Shown piece after piece: positions 26,781 to 36,651 of a stretch of 64,000 bases of DNA. The stretch's first letter is position 1; each line of letters begins with the position of its first letter. Under the pieces are notes generated by a model. That model was not told the DNA's origin and ran no database searches. It was given only the letters and a program-made list of their open reading frames with translations. Origin of the DNA: Clostridia bacterium (GTDB taxonomy: Bacteria; Bacillota; Clostridia; Christensenellales; CAG-138); NCBI GenBank assembly GCA_036652795.1, contig JAVVVD010000004.1, forward strand, positions 114,603 through 178,602, given 5' to 3'. A program made the position numbers and the translations under genes.

Positions 26781-28169
26781 ATGCAGATTTACAACACCAT
26801 GAACCGCAAAAAAGAAGAGCTGATTCCAAACACACCCGGCGAAATCAAGATGTATGTTTGCGGTCCTACCGTGTATAACTTTTTCCATATTGGCAACGCG
26901 CGTCCGTTCGTTGTGTTCGACACATTGCGCCGCTATTTGGAATACCGCGGATACAAGGTCACTTATGTGCAAAACTTCACCGATATCGACGATAAGCTTA
27001 TCCGCAAAGCCAACGAGGAAGGCTGCACGATAAGCGATGTTGCCGAGCGATATATAAAGGAATACTATACCGACGCAGACGCGTTGGGCATTGAGCGCGC
27101 AAGTGTTAACCCGCGTGCCACGGAGCATATCGACGAGATCATTTCGCTTGTCAGCACGCTGATAGAAAAGGGGAACGCCTACGCTTCAGATAATGGCGAT
27201 GTGTACTTTTCAGTGCGCAGTTACCCCGCCTATGGCAAGCTTTCCGGTCAGTCAATCGAAAGCCTTGAGAGCGGCGCACGCATAGACCCCACTGAGGAAA
27301 AGCGCGACCCGCTTGATTTTGCGCTCTGGAAGGGTGCAAAGCCCGGCGAACCCGCCTGGGACACCCCATGGGGCAAGGGCCGCCCCGGCTGGCATATTGA
27401 ATGCTCCGCAATGAGCATGGCGCTACTTGGCGAAACGTTTGATATCCATGCCGGCGGACAGGATCTTATATTCCCCCACCACGAAAACGAGATCGCCCAA
27501 AGTGAAGCCGCAACCGGAAAGCCCTTTGCAAAATACTGGATGCACAACGGCTATATCAATATAGACAATGAAAAGATGTCAAAGAGCCTTGGCAATTTCA
27601 AGCTGGTGCGTGATATCGGGTTGGAATATGATCTTGAGGCTGTGCGTCTATTCCTATTGTCCGCACAATATCGCAATCCCGTCAACTTCGCGCCCGAGCT
27701 TGTTGAGCAGGCGCAAAACGGCCTTATCCGGCTGCGTACCGCGCGCGAACGGTTGGCGGAAGCGCCTGTCGGCAATTCCGCAGATGATGCGGCATTCATT
27801 GCCGGGCTGGAAAAATATCGCAATGATTTTTGCGCCGCCATGGACGACGACCTTAACACAGCCGACGCAGTGGCAGCGCTGTTTGAGCTTGCGCGCGCAG
27901 TAAACATATTTGTATCGGAGCCACGCGGCAAAGAGGCACTTGATAAATCCGCGGCGCTGTATGACGAGTTGTGCAGCGTGCTGGGCATACTACAGCACAG
28001 GCAAGCCATTGACGATTTCCCCGCACAGGCCGTGGCGCTGCTGGACGAGCGCATCAGCGCTCGCGCCGCTAAGAACTGGGCGCGTGCTGATCAGATACGA
28101 TCTGAGCTAACCGCCATGGGCTTTGCTGTGGAGGATAGTAAGGATGGCGCAAAGCTTAAGCGGCTATAA
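26781..28169 (+). CDS. cysS: Cysteine--tRNA ligase
   Basis: Contains the HIGN motif (FHIGNARP), KMSKS, and the zinc-site segment WHIECSAM. Confidence 0.95.
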   Translation: MQIYNTMNRKKEELIPNTPGEIKMYVCGPTVYNFFHIGNARPFVVFDTLRRYLEYRGYKVTYVQNFTDIDDKLIRKANEEGCTISDVAERYIKEYYTDADALGIERASVNPRATEHIDEIISLVSTLIEKGNAYASDNGDVYFSVRSYPAYGKLSGQSIESLESGARIDPTEEKRDPLDFALWKGAKPGEPAWDTPWGKGRPGWHIECSAMSMALLGETFDIHAGGQDLIFPHHENEIAQSEAATGKPFAKYWMHNGYINIDNEKMSKSLGNFKLVRDIGLEYDLEAVRLFLLSAQYRNPVNFAPELVEQAQNGLIRLRTARERLAEAPVGNSADDAAFIAGLEKYRNDFCAAMDDDLNTADAVAALFELARAVNIFVSEPRGKEALDKSAALYDELCSVLGILQHRQAIDDFPAQAVALLDERISARAAKNWARADQIRSELTAMGFAVEDSKDGAKLKRL

Positions 28170-28272
28170 CGCGCTTATTGCGCTTTCGACATTAATGAAT
28201 AATTTTTAAACAACCATGCATACGGGTTGATTCCCGTGTGCTGCTGTTGGTATTATATGGAGAGGAATTACT

Positions 28273-28866
28273 TTGCAAATTATGAAAAAATTGATCGTAC
28301 TCCTTATCGCTTTGGTCGCGATAGTATGTCTGACCGGATGTTTTGGAATGGCGCCTGCACCAGCAGGTGATGCTACCACGCCTGCCGCTGCACCCACCAC
28401 AGGCGATACCGCCGCACCTGCGCAGCAAGCAACCGGAGGACTGCTAGGCGGAGATTTTCTTAACTGGTTCCAGATCGCACTGGCGGCATATTTGCTGTAT
28501 TGTGTTGTAACAGGGCGCGGCAAACTGTTTGACAATAAATACGTTAAGGGCGATCCGAAGAAATACCACGTGACGATGCGCATACTCTGCGGTGTATCCG
28601 GCACGATACTGCTTGCAACCAGCATACTTGAATTGACCGGAGTTGTTACGGTTGGCTCCCCATTCTACTGGATAAATTGGGGCGTGGGCTTCGCTTCAAT
28701 AATAGCGCTGCTGGCATATAACCTGCTAAAAACAGACCGTGCGGCAGCCGCCGAAGCTACAAAACAGGCGCAAGCCGAATATAAGAGATCTGATCCGCTC
28801 AAGGCCGCTTTCGTATTTGACGATGAAGATGATGCGGACAAAAAAAAGGATGAAACAACGAACTAA
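28273..28866 (+). CDS. Hypothetical lipobox-bearing polytopic membrane protein with acidic tail
   Basis: Signal plus lipobox (LIALVAIVCLTGC), a Pro/Ala/Thr linker, about three TM helices, and the tail FVFDDEDDADKKKDETTN. Confidence 0.5.
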   Translation: MQIMKKLIVLLIALVAIVCLTGCFGMAPAPAGDATTPAAAPTTGDTAAPAQQATGGLLGGDFLNWFQIALAAYLLYCVVTGRGKLFDNKYVKGDPKKYHVTMRILCGVSGTILLATSILELTGVVTVGSPFYWINWGVGFASIIALLAYNLLKTDRAAAAEATKQAQAEYKRSDPLKAAFVFDDEDDADKKKDETTN

Positions 28867-28906
28867 TGGCAACAATACTATCATTTGGGAAAGGATGTAA
28901 AACATT

Positions 28907-30598
28907 ATGAAAAAAATTGCACTAAAGCGCCTTGTCGCACTTGCGTTGGTGATCACCACAATCTTGTGTGTTGCAGCACCCGCAATGGCGATAGAGGCCA
29001 ATCAGTATAGCGTGATAGAACCTTTTGACGCTGTTACAAACACGGTGGTATGGCTGCGCCAAACCGCCATCCCGGATGCCGGCACCAACAAGATAATGGA
29101 CGTACCCAAGGGCTCGCCAGTGAGCGTACTGGGTAAAAACGGAAATACCTGGTATTATATAAACTACAATGGCACCACGGGCTTTGCCTATCAGAAGGAT
29201 ATCAGCACCGATTCCGGCAGCACGCCTTCCGTCCCGGACAACAATTATTCCGACCCTTCCGGCTACACCAGCGTAACCCAGTTTGAGGGCGTTACCAATG
29301 CTGTGGTATGGCTGCGCAAAACCGCCAATAAGGATGCCGGCGCAAACAAGATAATGGACGTACCCAAGGGCTCCACCATTACCGTAATAGGCGAAAGCGG
29401 CCCTGTCTGGTATGTTATAAACTATCGTGGCACAGAGGGCTTTGCCTATAAGAAGGACATCGATCGCTCCTCCGGCGCAGGCACGACTCCTGATAGCTCC
29501 GCCCCAATCACGAACTACACGGGCATCGATCCGTTTGAGGGGATAACCAACAGCCTTGTATATTTGCGCAAGACCGCCAGCAAGGATGTAGGCTCCAACA
29601 AGATAATGAACGTACTCAAGGGCTCCGCCGTCACCGTAATAGGCGAAAGCGGCTCCACATGGTATGTTATCAACTACAATGGTACCGAGGGCTTTGCCTA
29701 TAAAAAGGACATCAATCGCTCCTCCGGCGGCAATAGCGGCGCAGGCAATGCAATGGGCAACTATACCTCCATCGCCGAATTCCAGGGCACGACCAATGCT
29801 ACCGTATGGCTGCGCTATACCGCCAACAAAGAGGCCGGCTCCAATAAAATAATGGACATAGCAAAGGGCAATGTTGTAACCGTGATAGGTGAAAGCGGCG
29901 CAACCTGGTACTATATCCGTTACAACGGAACCGAAGGCTTTGCCTATAAGAAGGATATCTCAACACCCGGCGCTTCCGGCGGTGCCGGCAGCGGTGCTGG
30001 CAGCGGCACCGGCAGCAACCCCTCCGGCGATAACTGGGGTCATATATCGGTTGCTGGCACAAACATCGATAAGGACATAATGAGCAACCGCGTAAGCGGC
30101 GGCAGCTATGTTTACAACGCCATCAGCGGAAGCAACAGCTATGTTTACTCCCTTACCAATTACAGCGGACAGCCCGCCGTTATCATGGGTCATAACATGC
30201 GCGTATCCAAGACTGGCTTCCATGCGCTCCACCATGTGCAAAATGCATTCCTGGGCGTTGGCTCCTGCGAGCGCTGCGGGGCATCCTGTAGCGGTGCGCG
30301 TACCTCCGTGTTTGATATTGACTTCAACGGATCTACTCAGTGGGAGGTTGTCTGCTTCTATGAGACCCCAACTGGAACCAGCAGCTCCGTTAAAAACCTT
30401 GCGGCATGTGCCACAGCCACCAGCGTTGACAGATGGCTTTCCACGCAGCTTTCCAACGCCAATAAGAGCGGCTGGAAGGGCGAAGTGCTTTCAAACGCCT
30501 CCGCCAGCGATAAGCTGATGATCCTCATCACCTGCGGCGACAAAGCAAGCAACAGCAAGGGCGCTGGCCTTTACTTTGTTCTCAAGGCAATCAACTGA
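28907..30598 (+). CDS. Secreted protein with 4 tandem SH3b-like repeats and a C-terminal sortase-B-like domain
   Basis: Signal peptide ending APAMA-IE. There are four ~82-86-aa repeats (..VVWLRKTA.KDAG.NKIMDVPKGS..TVIGESG..WY.INY.GTEGFAYKKDI). The C-terminus has VIMGHNM and LMILITCGD, which resemble the sortase His and TLxTC Cys motifs. Confidence 0.7.
   Translation: MKKIALKRLVALALVITTILCVAAPAMAIEANQYSVIEPFDAVTNTVVWLRQTAIPDAGTNKIMDVPKGSPVSVLGKNGNTWYYINYNGTTGFAYQKDISTDSGSTPSVPDNNYSDPSGYTSVTQFEGVTNAVVWLRKTANKDAGANKIMDVPKGSTITVIGESGPVWYVINYRGTEGFAYKKDIDRSSGAGTTPDSSAPITNYTGIDPFEGITNSLVYLRKTASKDVGSNKIMNVLKGSAVTVIGESGSTWYVINYNGTEGFAYKKDINRSSGGNSGAGNAMGNYTSIAEFQGTTNATVWLRYTANKEAGSNKIMDIAKGNVVTVIGESGATWYYIRYNGTEGFAYKKDISTPGASGGAGSGAGSGTGSNPSGDNWGHISVAGTNIDKDIMSNRVSGGSYVYNAISGSNSYVYSLTNYSGQPAVIMGHNMRVSKTGFHALHHVQNAFLGVGSCERCGASCSGARTSVFDIDFNGSTQWEVVCFYETPTGTSSSVKNLAACATATSVDRWLSTQLSNANKSGWKGEVLSNASASDKLMILITCGDKASNSKGAGLYFVLKAIN
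29006..29962 (+). repeat. Four in-frame tandem coding repeats (period ~246-258 nt) encoding SH3b-like modules
   Basis: Repeat units start at nt 29006, 29264, 29516 and 29762, each with a Tyr codon. Shared strings include ggctttgcctataa(g/a)aaggacatc. Confidence 0.85.
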
Positions 30599-30618
30599 TA
30601 TTAGCCAAGCATACATCT

Positions 30619-30646
30619 ACAGGCCGCCACATTCGTGGCGGCCTGT
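30619..30646 (+). terminator. Hairpin terminator after the SH3b/sortase-like gene
   Basis: ACAGGCCGCCAC-attc-GTGGCGGCCTGT, a 12-bp perfect stem with a weak U tail. Confidence 0.6.
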
Positions 30647-30803
30647 ATTATTACTTAATCCACTATATGAACTCATCCTATAAACGAATTTAGCCTTACT
30701 ATCAGTATTACAATAAGAAATATATAGGATTTGCCCCTTTTTACATGCGGCGCTTTGGTATATAATAAATTTGTAAAATCAATATCTTCTATTGGAGGTA
30801 CTC

Positions 30804-31883
30804 ATGGACGAGCTTAAAAAAACTCCGCTCTATCAAACGCATATTGCGCTTGGCGGTAAAATGGTAGATTTCGGCGGCTGGGCGCTGCCAGTGCAGTATT
30901 CCTCCATACTCGAGGAGCATAGGGCAGTGCGCGAATGCTGCGGTTTGTTTGATGTTTCGCATATGGGCGAGGTGTTTGTTTCTGGTAAGGATGCATTCGC
31001 CTACCTTCAACACATGCTCACCAACGACATCACCACAATGACCCCCGGCCGCTGCCGCTATTCCATGGTATGCTATGATGATGGCGGTGTTGTGGACGAT
31101 ATTCTGGTTTATAAGGATGATGACACTCATTATATGCTTATAGTAAACGCCAGCAATACAGATAAGGATTACGAATGGTTCGCCTCCCATTCGTGCGGTG
31201 ATGTTAAGGTCGAAAACCGCAGCGCCGAATTTGCGCAGCTTGCGCTTCAAGGTCCACGCTTTATGGATGTGCTAAGCGCGCTGGGCGCCAGCGCCATACC
31301 CGAAAAAAACTATACCTTCATCGAGCATGGCAATGTTGGTGGTGTGGATTGCGTAATCTCCCGCACCGGCTATACGGGCGAGGATGGCGTGGAGCTTTAC
31401 TGCAAGGCAGATGATGGCGCAAAGCTGCACGCACTGCTTATGGAAGCGGGTAAACCCCTAGGTATGCTGCCATGCGGGCTTGGCGCACGCGACACGCTGC
31501 GCTTTGAATCCTCTATGCCGCTATACGGCCACGAGATGGATTCGTCCATTACGCCTATGGAGACCGGCATAAGCTTTGCCGTAAAGCTTGACAAGCCTGA
31601 GTTTATAGGCAAGGAAGCGCTGCTGGCCTCCCCATGCCGCATTCGAATAGGGCTTAAGCTTATAGACCGTGGCATCGCACGCGAACATGCCGATGTTTGT
31701 TTAAGCGGCGCTGTTGTGGGGCATGTAACCAGCGGCAGCATAGCGCCAACGCTTGGCGGCAATTACGCCATGGCGCTAATAGATATAAAGGCGGCGGATG
31801 CCGAAGAATTTACCATAGCCGTACGCGATAAACAATTAAGGGCTCAAAAGGTCGCCCTTCCATTTTATAAAAGAGCAAAATAA
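30804..31883 (+). CDS. gcvT: Glycine cleavage system aminomethyltransferase (T protein)
   Basis: MDELKKTPLYQTHIALGGKMVDFGGWALPVQY after a GGAGG RBS. Confidence 0.95.
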   Translation: MDELKKTPLYQTHIALGGKMVDFGGWALPVQYSSILEEHRAVRECCGLFDVSHMGEVFVSGKDAFAYLQHMLTNDITTMTPGRCRYSMVCYDDGGVVDDILVYKDDDTHYMLIVNASNTDKDYEWFASHSCGDVKVENRSAEFAQLALQGPRFMDVLSALGASAIPEKNYTFIEHGNVGGVDCVISRTGYTGEDGVELYCKADDGAKLHALLMEAGKPLGMLPCGLGARDTLRFESSMPLYGHEMDSSITPMETGISFAVKLDKPEFIGKEALLASPCRIRIGLKLIDRGIAREHADVCLSGAVVGHVTSGSIAPTLGGNYAMALIDIKAADAEEFTIAVRDKQLRAQKVALPFYKRAK

Positions 31884-31901
31884 TCAAGGAGGATACTTCT
31901 T

Positions 31902-32279
31902 ATGACCCCAAACGACCGTAAATACACAAAGGATCATGAATGGATACTAATCTCGGACAGGACCGCAATGATCGGCATCACGGACCATGCGCAGGATGCG
32001 CTTGGTGATATCGTTTTTGTTGAACTTCCGCAGATAGGCGATACTGTAAGCGCAGGCGTTTCATTTGCCGTGGTAGAAAGCGTCAAGGCAGCCTCAGAGA
32101 TATTCACGGAGGTCTCAGGCAGGGTTGTCACCGTAAACGAGGCGCTAAATGATTCGCCCGAGCTAATCAACACTGATCCTTACGGCACATACATAGCCGA
32201 ACTGGAATTTTCCAAGATCAACGAAGGTGCGCTTATGAGCGCCGAAGAATATGACGCCTTCGTTGCACAGGAGGGTTAA
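31902..32279 (+). CDS. gcvH: Glycine cleavage system H protein
   Basis: YTKDHEWI..GITDHAQDALGDIVFVELP and the lipoyl-Lys motif VESVKAASEI. Confidence 0.95.
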   Translation: MTPNDRKYTKDHEWILISDRTAMIGITDHAQDALGDIVFVELPQIGDTVSAGVSFAVVESVKAASEIFTEVSGRVVTVNEALNDSPELINTDPYGTYIAELEFSKINEGALMSAEEYDAFVAQEG

Positions 32280-32285
32280 GTCCAT

Positions 32286-33623
32286 ATGAGAAGCTATGTG
32301 CCTAACACGGCGCAGGAGCAACAGGCCATGCTCAAAGAGCTTGGCCTTTCATCTCTTGACGCGCTGTATCAGGATGTGCCTGCCGAGCTGATGCTAAGCT
32401 ATCTCAAGCTGCCCGAAGGAAAGAGCGAGCTTGAAGTGCGCAGGGAATTTGAGCGCCTTAGCAAGCAGATCGTTACAGATATGCCGCTGTTTCGCGGTGC
32501 GGGCGCGTACCACCACTATATTCCGGCAGTAGTTGCGCAGCTTGCAATGCGCAGCGAGTTCTACACCGCCTACACCCCCTATCAGGCAGAAATGAGCCAG
32601 GGCATGCTGCAAGCGATATTCGAATACCAGTCGTTGATGTGCGAGCTGACTGGACTGGACGCTTCAAATGCCTCCGTATACGATGGCGCGACTGCCGCCG
32701 CCGAAGCCATGCTAATGGCGCGGGATTCAAAGCGCAAGCAGAAGCTGCTTATAAGCTGCGCTCTGCATCCCGATGTGATTGCCACAATGAAAACCTATGC
32801 GCGCTTTGCAAAGCTTGAGCTTGTAGAGATACCGCTCAACGCACAGGGGCTTACCGATAGTGATGCGCTAAAGGCTAACCTCGATGGCGCGGCTGGCTTT
32901 TTTGCGGCGCAGCCCAACTTTTTTGGCTGCCTTGAGGATATGCAGGCCCTTTCCGACATAACGCACGAAGGCGGCGCGCTGTTTATAAGCTATGTCAATC
33001 CGATCACGCTTGGGCTTGTTAAGCGGCCCGGCGAATACAAGGCGGACATCGCTGTTGGCGAAGGTCAGCCGCTTGGATTGCCGCTTGCATATGGCGGCCC
33101 ATATCTTGGCTTTATGTGCGCAAGCAGCAGGTTAATGCGCAATCTGCCCGGCAGAATAGCAGGGCAGACCACAGATGCCGAGGGAAACCGGGTATTCGTG
33201 CTTACTCTTCAGGCACGCGAGCAGCATATCCGCCGTGAAAAAGCGTCCAGCAATATCTGCTCAAATCAGATGCTGTGCGCCGTTATGGCCAGTATATACC
33301 TTGCAACTGTTGGCAAAGCCGGCCTTCGCATGATATCCGAGCAGAATCTGCAAAAGGCGCATTATCTTGCTGATGGACTATGCACAATAAAGGGCGTGTC
33401 CATGCGATATGCGGATACTCCATTTTTCAACGAATTTACGCTGGATTGCGCAAAGGATTCGGCTGTGATAAACGCAATACTAAAGGATCGCGGCATAGTC
33501 GGCGGCGTGCGGCTTTCCCGCTTTGATGCAAAGGATCACGGTATGCTGTGGTGCGCAACCGAGTGCAATACCCGTGATGAGATTGACGGCGTTATCGCCG
33601 CGATGGAGGTGGCGTTAAGATGA
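32286..33623 (+). CDS. gcvPA: Glycine dehydrogenase (decarboxylating) subunit 1
   Basis: 445 aa containing [20 protein letters not shown], in the typical split P-protein position. Confidence 0.95.
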   Translation: MRSYVPNTAQEQQAMLKELGLSSLDALYQDVPAELMLSYLKLPEGKSELEVRREFERLSKQIVTDMPLFRGAGAYHHYIPAVVAQLAMRSEFYTAYTPYQAEMSQGMLQAIFEYQSLMCELTGLDASNASVYDGATAAAEAMLMARDSKRKQKLLISCALHPDVIATMKTYARFAKLELVEIPLNAQGLTDSDALKANLDGAAGFFAAQPNFFGCLEDMQALSDITHEGGALFISYVNPITLGLVKRPGEYKADIAVGEGQPLGLPLAYGGPYLGFMCASSRLMRNLPGRIAGQTTDAEGNRVFVLTLQAREQHIRREKASSNICSNQMLCAVMASIYLATVGKAGLRMISEQNLQKAHYLADGLCTIKGVSMRYADTPFFNEFTLDCAKDSAVINAILKDRGIVGGVRLSRFDAKDHGMLWCATECNTRDEIDGVIAAMEVALR

Positions 33624-35074
33624 GCAGAAGCAGTTATCCCCTTATGTTTGAGCGTTCACGCTGCGGCAGGGTAGGCTGTGACCTGCCAGCGCTGGATGTG
33701 CCTGAGCGGCAGCAGCTGCTGCCAGCAGAGCTGCTCACCGGCAGCACACCCGATTTACCCGAGCTTGCTGAGGTTGATGTGGTACGCCACTTTACAAACC
33801 TTTCGCGCCGCAATTTCGGCGTTGACAATGGATTTTATCCGCTTGGCTCCTGCACAATGAAGTATAATCCCAAGCTCAATGAGGAGCTTGCCCCATTGTT
33901 TAACAACCTACACCCACTTGCGGATGAGGATCAGGCCCGCGGCGCGCTAGAGCTGATGCTTAAGCTGGATCGTGCGCTCTGTGAGATATGCGGCATGGAT
34001 AAGTTCACCTTGCAGCCCGCGGCAGGCGCACATGGCGAGCTGACAGGGCTTATGCTGATAAAGGCATATCACGATATGCGGCAGGATTTTGCACGCACCG
34101 AAATGATAATTCCGGATGCGGCGCACGGCACAAACCCCGCTTCCGCGTCAATGGCCGGCTTTACAGTGCGTGAAATAATCAGCGCAGCTGACGGCGGCGT
34201 GGATCTTGATGCGCTGCGCGCTGCTGTGGGGCCTCACACGGCTGGACTAATGCTGACAAACCCCTCCACACTGGGTTTGTTCGAGGCTCATATCAAGGAG
34301 GTTGCCGCAATAGTACACGGCGCAGGCGGATTGCTCTATTACGATGGAGCTAACCTCAACGCCGTTATGGGCGTTGTTCGCCCCGGCGACATGGGTTTTG
34401 ATGTGGTGCATTTAAACCTGCATAAAACATTTTCCACACCGCATGGCGGCGGCGGACCTGGCAGCGGACCTGTAGGCGTCAAAAAAGAGCTTATCCCCTA
34501 CCTGCCATACCCCGTTATTATGGCGCACGGTAACGGCCCTGCCGCGCTGGATTTTGACCGTCCGCTCTCCATAGGCAAGGTAAAAAGCTTTTATGGCAAT
34601 TTCAGCGTGATGGCCAAGGCCTATGCCTATATACTAAGCCTTGGCGGCAGCGGTATCCGCGAGGCAGCGCAAAATGCGGTGCTAAATGCCAATTATGTGC
34701 TTCATCACCTCAAGGGTGTATATGGCGTGCCACACGAGCGGCTGTGTATGCACGAATGCGTATTGACCCCCGGAGAATTAGAAAACTATGGAGTACACAC
34801 AACAGATATAGCCAAATCGCTTATCGACTTTGGCTATCATCCCCCAACAATATATTTCCCGCTTATCGTGCATGAGGCGCTGATGATAGAGCCAACGGAA
34901 TCCGAAAGCCGTGAAACATTGGATGCTTTCATCGCGGCTATGAAGCGCATTGCGCAGATAGCTAAAACCGATCCCGAATCGCTGCATGCTTCCCCCATCA
35001 CCACACCTGTGGGCAGGCCAGACGAGGTGGCCGCGGCGCGAAAGCCAGTAGTGAGGTACATAAAAGGAGAATAA
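33620..35074 (+). CDS. gcvPB: Glycine dehydrogenase (decarboxylating) subunit 2
   Basis: The PLP lysine lies in [18 protein letters not shown]. The start overlaps the gcvPA stop (ATGA). Confidence 0.95.
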   Translation: MSRSSYPLMFERSRCGRVGCDLPALDVPERQQLLPAELLTGSTPDLPELAEVDVVRHFTNLSRRNFGVDNGFYPLGSCTMKYNPKLNEELAPLFNNLHPLADEDQARGALELMLKLDRALCEICGMDKFTLQPAAGAHGELTGLMLIKAYHDMRQDFARTEMIIPDAAHGTNPASASMAGFTVREIISAADGGVDLDALRAAVGPHTAGLMLTNPSTLGLFEAHIKEVAAIVHGAGGLLYYDGANLNAVMGVVRPGDMGFDVVHLNLHKTFSTPHGGGGPGSGPVGVKKELIPYLPYPVIMAHGNGPAALDFDRPLSIGKVKSFYGNFSVMAKAYAYILSLGGSGIREAAQNAVLNANYVLHHLKGVYGVPHERLCMHECVLTPGELENYGVHTTDIAKSLIDFGYHPPTIYFPLIVHEALMIEPTESESRETLDAFIAAMKRIAQIAKTDPESLHASPITTPVGRPDEVAAARKPVVRYIKGE

Positions 35075-35076
35075 TA

Positions 35077-36582
35077 ATGGAGCTTAATACCGCCATTGAC
35101 CTCTTTAAAGCGCATCAGCTCAAAATGGAAGCATATTCTCATGCGATAAACAAGATGTGTTATGATTCCGAAACCGTGATGCCGTGCGGCGCAAGCGAGG
35201 ATCTTGGCCGTGCGCTTGGCATTCTATCTGAAGAAAGCTATAAGCTGCTTGTAAACGATGAGCTGCGCGAATACATCGCTGTGATACTCGCCCATAGAAA
35301 TGACGTAAGCTTTCAGGTTCGCCGTGAAGCTGAGGAGCTTAATGACGAGCTTACAAAGCTTGGAAAAATCCCTATGGAAGAATATGTTGAATTTCAGGTG
35401 GTTCAAAACGAGGCCAACCATGTTTGGCACAGCGCAAAGGTAAATGATGATTATGCATCGTTCGAGCCGCTGCTTTCCAAACTACTGGACTTTCAAAAAA
35501 GATTTGCACTCTATTATGAGCCTGATAAGGATGCCTACGATACATGGCTAAACGAATTTGAAAAAGGCCTTAGCACTGAGGTTTTGGATACGTTTTTTGC
35601 GGATGTGCGCGCTAAGCTTGTGCCGCTAATCAAAAGAATAGGTAAGGCTAAGCAGCCCGATGATAGCTTTTTGAATGTATTCTACCCGCTTGAAGTGCAA
35701 AAGAAGCTTTCCGACTACCTTATGCAAACGCTTACAATCGAGCGTGGCTATTGCGGCATAGGCGAGGCCGAGCATCCTTTCACAACTGAGTTCAACAAGC
35801 ACGACGTGCGCATAACCACGCATTATCACGAATATGCGATGGCCAGCAGCATGTTCAGCGTAATACACGAATGCGGCCATGCGCTCTATGAGCTAAACAT
35901 AGGTGATGAGCTCATAGGCTCATCTCTTGGCGGCGGCTCAAGCATGGGCATACACGAAGGTCAGTCCCGCTTCTTCGAAAATATGATCGGCCGCAGCGAG
36001 GCGTTTATTGAGTATATCTTCCCCAAGCTTTTAGCGCTCTTCCCTGTGCAGCTTGCCGATGTGAGCGCGCACAGCTTTTACCTTGCGATTAACAAAAGCG
36101 CTCCATCGCTTATCCGTACCGAGGCCGATGAGCTTACATATTCGCTGCATATCATGGTGCGCTACGAGCTGGAAAAAAGGCTGTTTAACGGCACGCTCAC
36201 CACAAAAGAGCTGCCTGAGGCATGGAACGCGCTGTATTACGAATATCTTGGCGTAACCGTGCCCAGCAACCGCGAGGGCGTGCTGCAGGATTCGCACTGG
36301 GCGGGCGGTTCGTTTGGCTACTTCCCATCCTACTCAATTGGCAGCGCATATTCCGCGCAGATATTTGCCGCCATGCAAAAGGATATAGACATATATTCGC
36401 TGGTTAAAAAAGGCAATCTATCGCCTATTGTCGAATGGCTTACAGCGCGCATATACAAGCACGGCCAACTGCTAAAGCCAGACGAGCTTATCCAAAGCGC
36501 ATGCGGCGCGCCGTTTGATCCCATCTACTACACCGATTATCTTATTAAAAAATTCAACGACATATATGGCTTCAATAGCTGA
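35077..36582 (+). CDS. M32-family (Taq-type) metallocarboxypeptidase
   Basis: Contains HECGHALYE (HEXXH), HEGQSRFFEN and IRTEADELTY. Confidence 0.9.
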   Translation: MELNTAIDLFKAHQLKMEAYSHAINKMCYDSETVMPCGASEDLGRALGILSEESYKLLVNDELREYIAVILAHRNDVSFQVRREAEELNDELTKLGKIPMEEYVEFQVVQNEANHVWHSAKVNDDYASFEPLLSKLLDFQKRFALYYEPDKDAYDTWLNEFEKGLSTEVLDTFFADVRAKLVPLIKRIGKAKQPDDSFLNVFYPLEVQKKLSDYLMQTLTIERGYCGIGEAEHPFTTEFNKHDVRITTHYHEYAMASSMFSVIHECGHALYELNIGDELIGSSLGGGSSMGIHEGQSRFFENMIGRSEAFIEYIFPKLLALFPVQLADVSAHSFYLAINKSAPSLIRTEADELTYSLHIMVRYELEKRLFNGTLTTKELPEAWNALYYEYLGVTVPSNREGVLQDSHWAGGSFGYFPSYSIGSAYSAQIFAAMQKDIDIYSLVKKGNLSPIVEWLTARIYKHGQLLKPDELIQSACGAPFDPIYYTDYLIKKFNDIYGFNS

Positions 36583-36601
36583 GCGAACTTAGTGTAATCA
36601 C

Positions 36602-36629
36602 TAATGGAGGGCGTAACCGCCCTCCATTA
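36602..36629. terminator. Bidirectional hairpin between the M32 carboxypeptidase and the ParB/Noc-like gene
   Basis: TAATGGAGGGCG-taac-CGCCCTCCATTA, a 12-bp perfect stem. Confidence 0.6.
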
Positions 36630-36651
36630 AGTTTATTTCATAGCACATGCT

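Noticed and set aside
29006-29962. Regularly spaced ~250-nt repeats that could be mistaken for a repeat array or CRISPR.
   Set aside because: The repeats are in-frame within one ORF, encode SH3b-like modules, are far longer than CRISPR repeats and have no spacers. I report them as coding tandem repeats instead.
30647-30803. Looked for a glycine riboswitch upstream of gcvT, which is common in Firmicutes.
   Set aside because: The leader is AT-rich and lacks the conserved GGAGAG...CACCG...aptamer cores. Only a terminator from the upstream gene and weak promoter-like hexamers are present.
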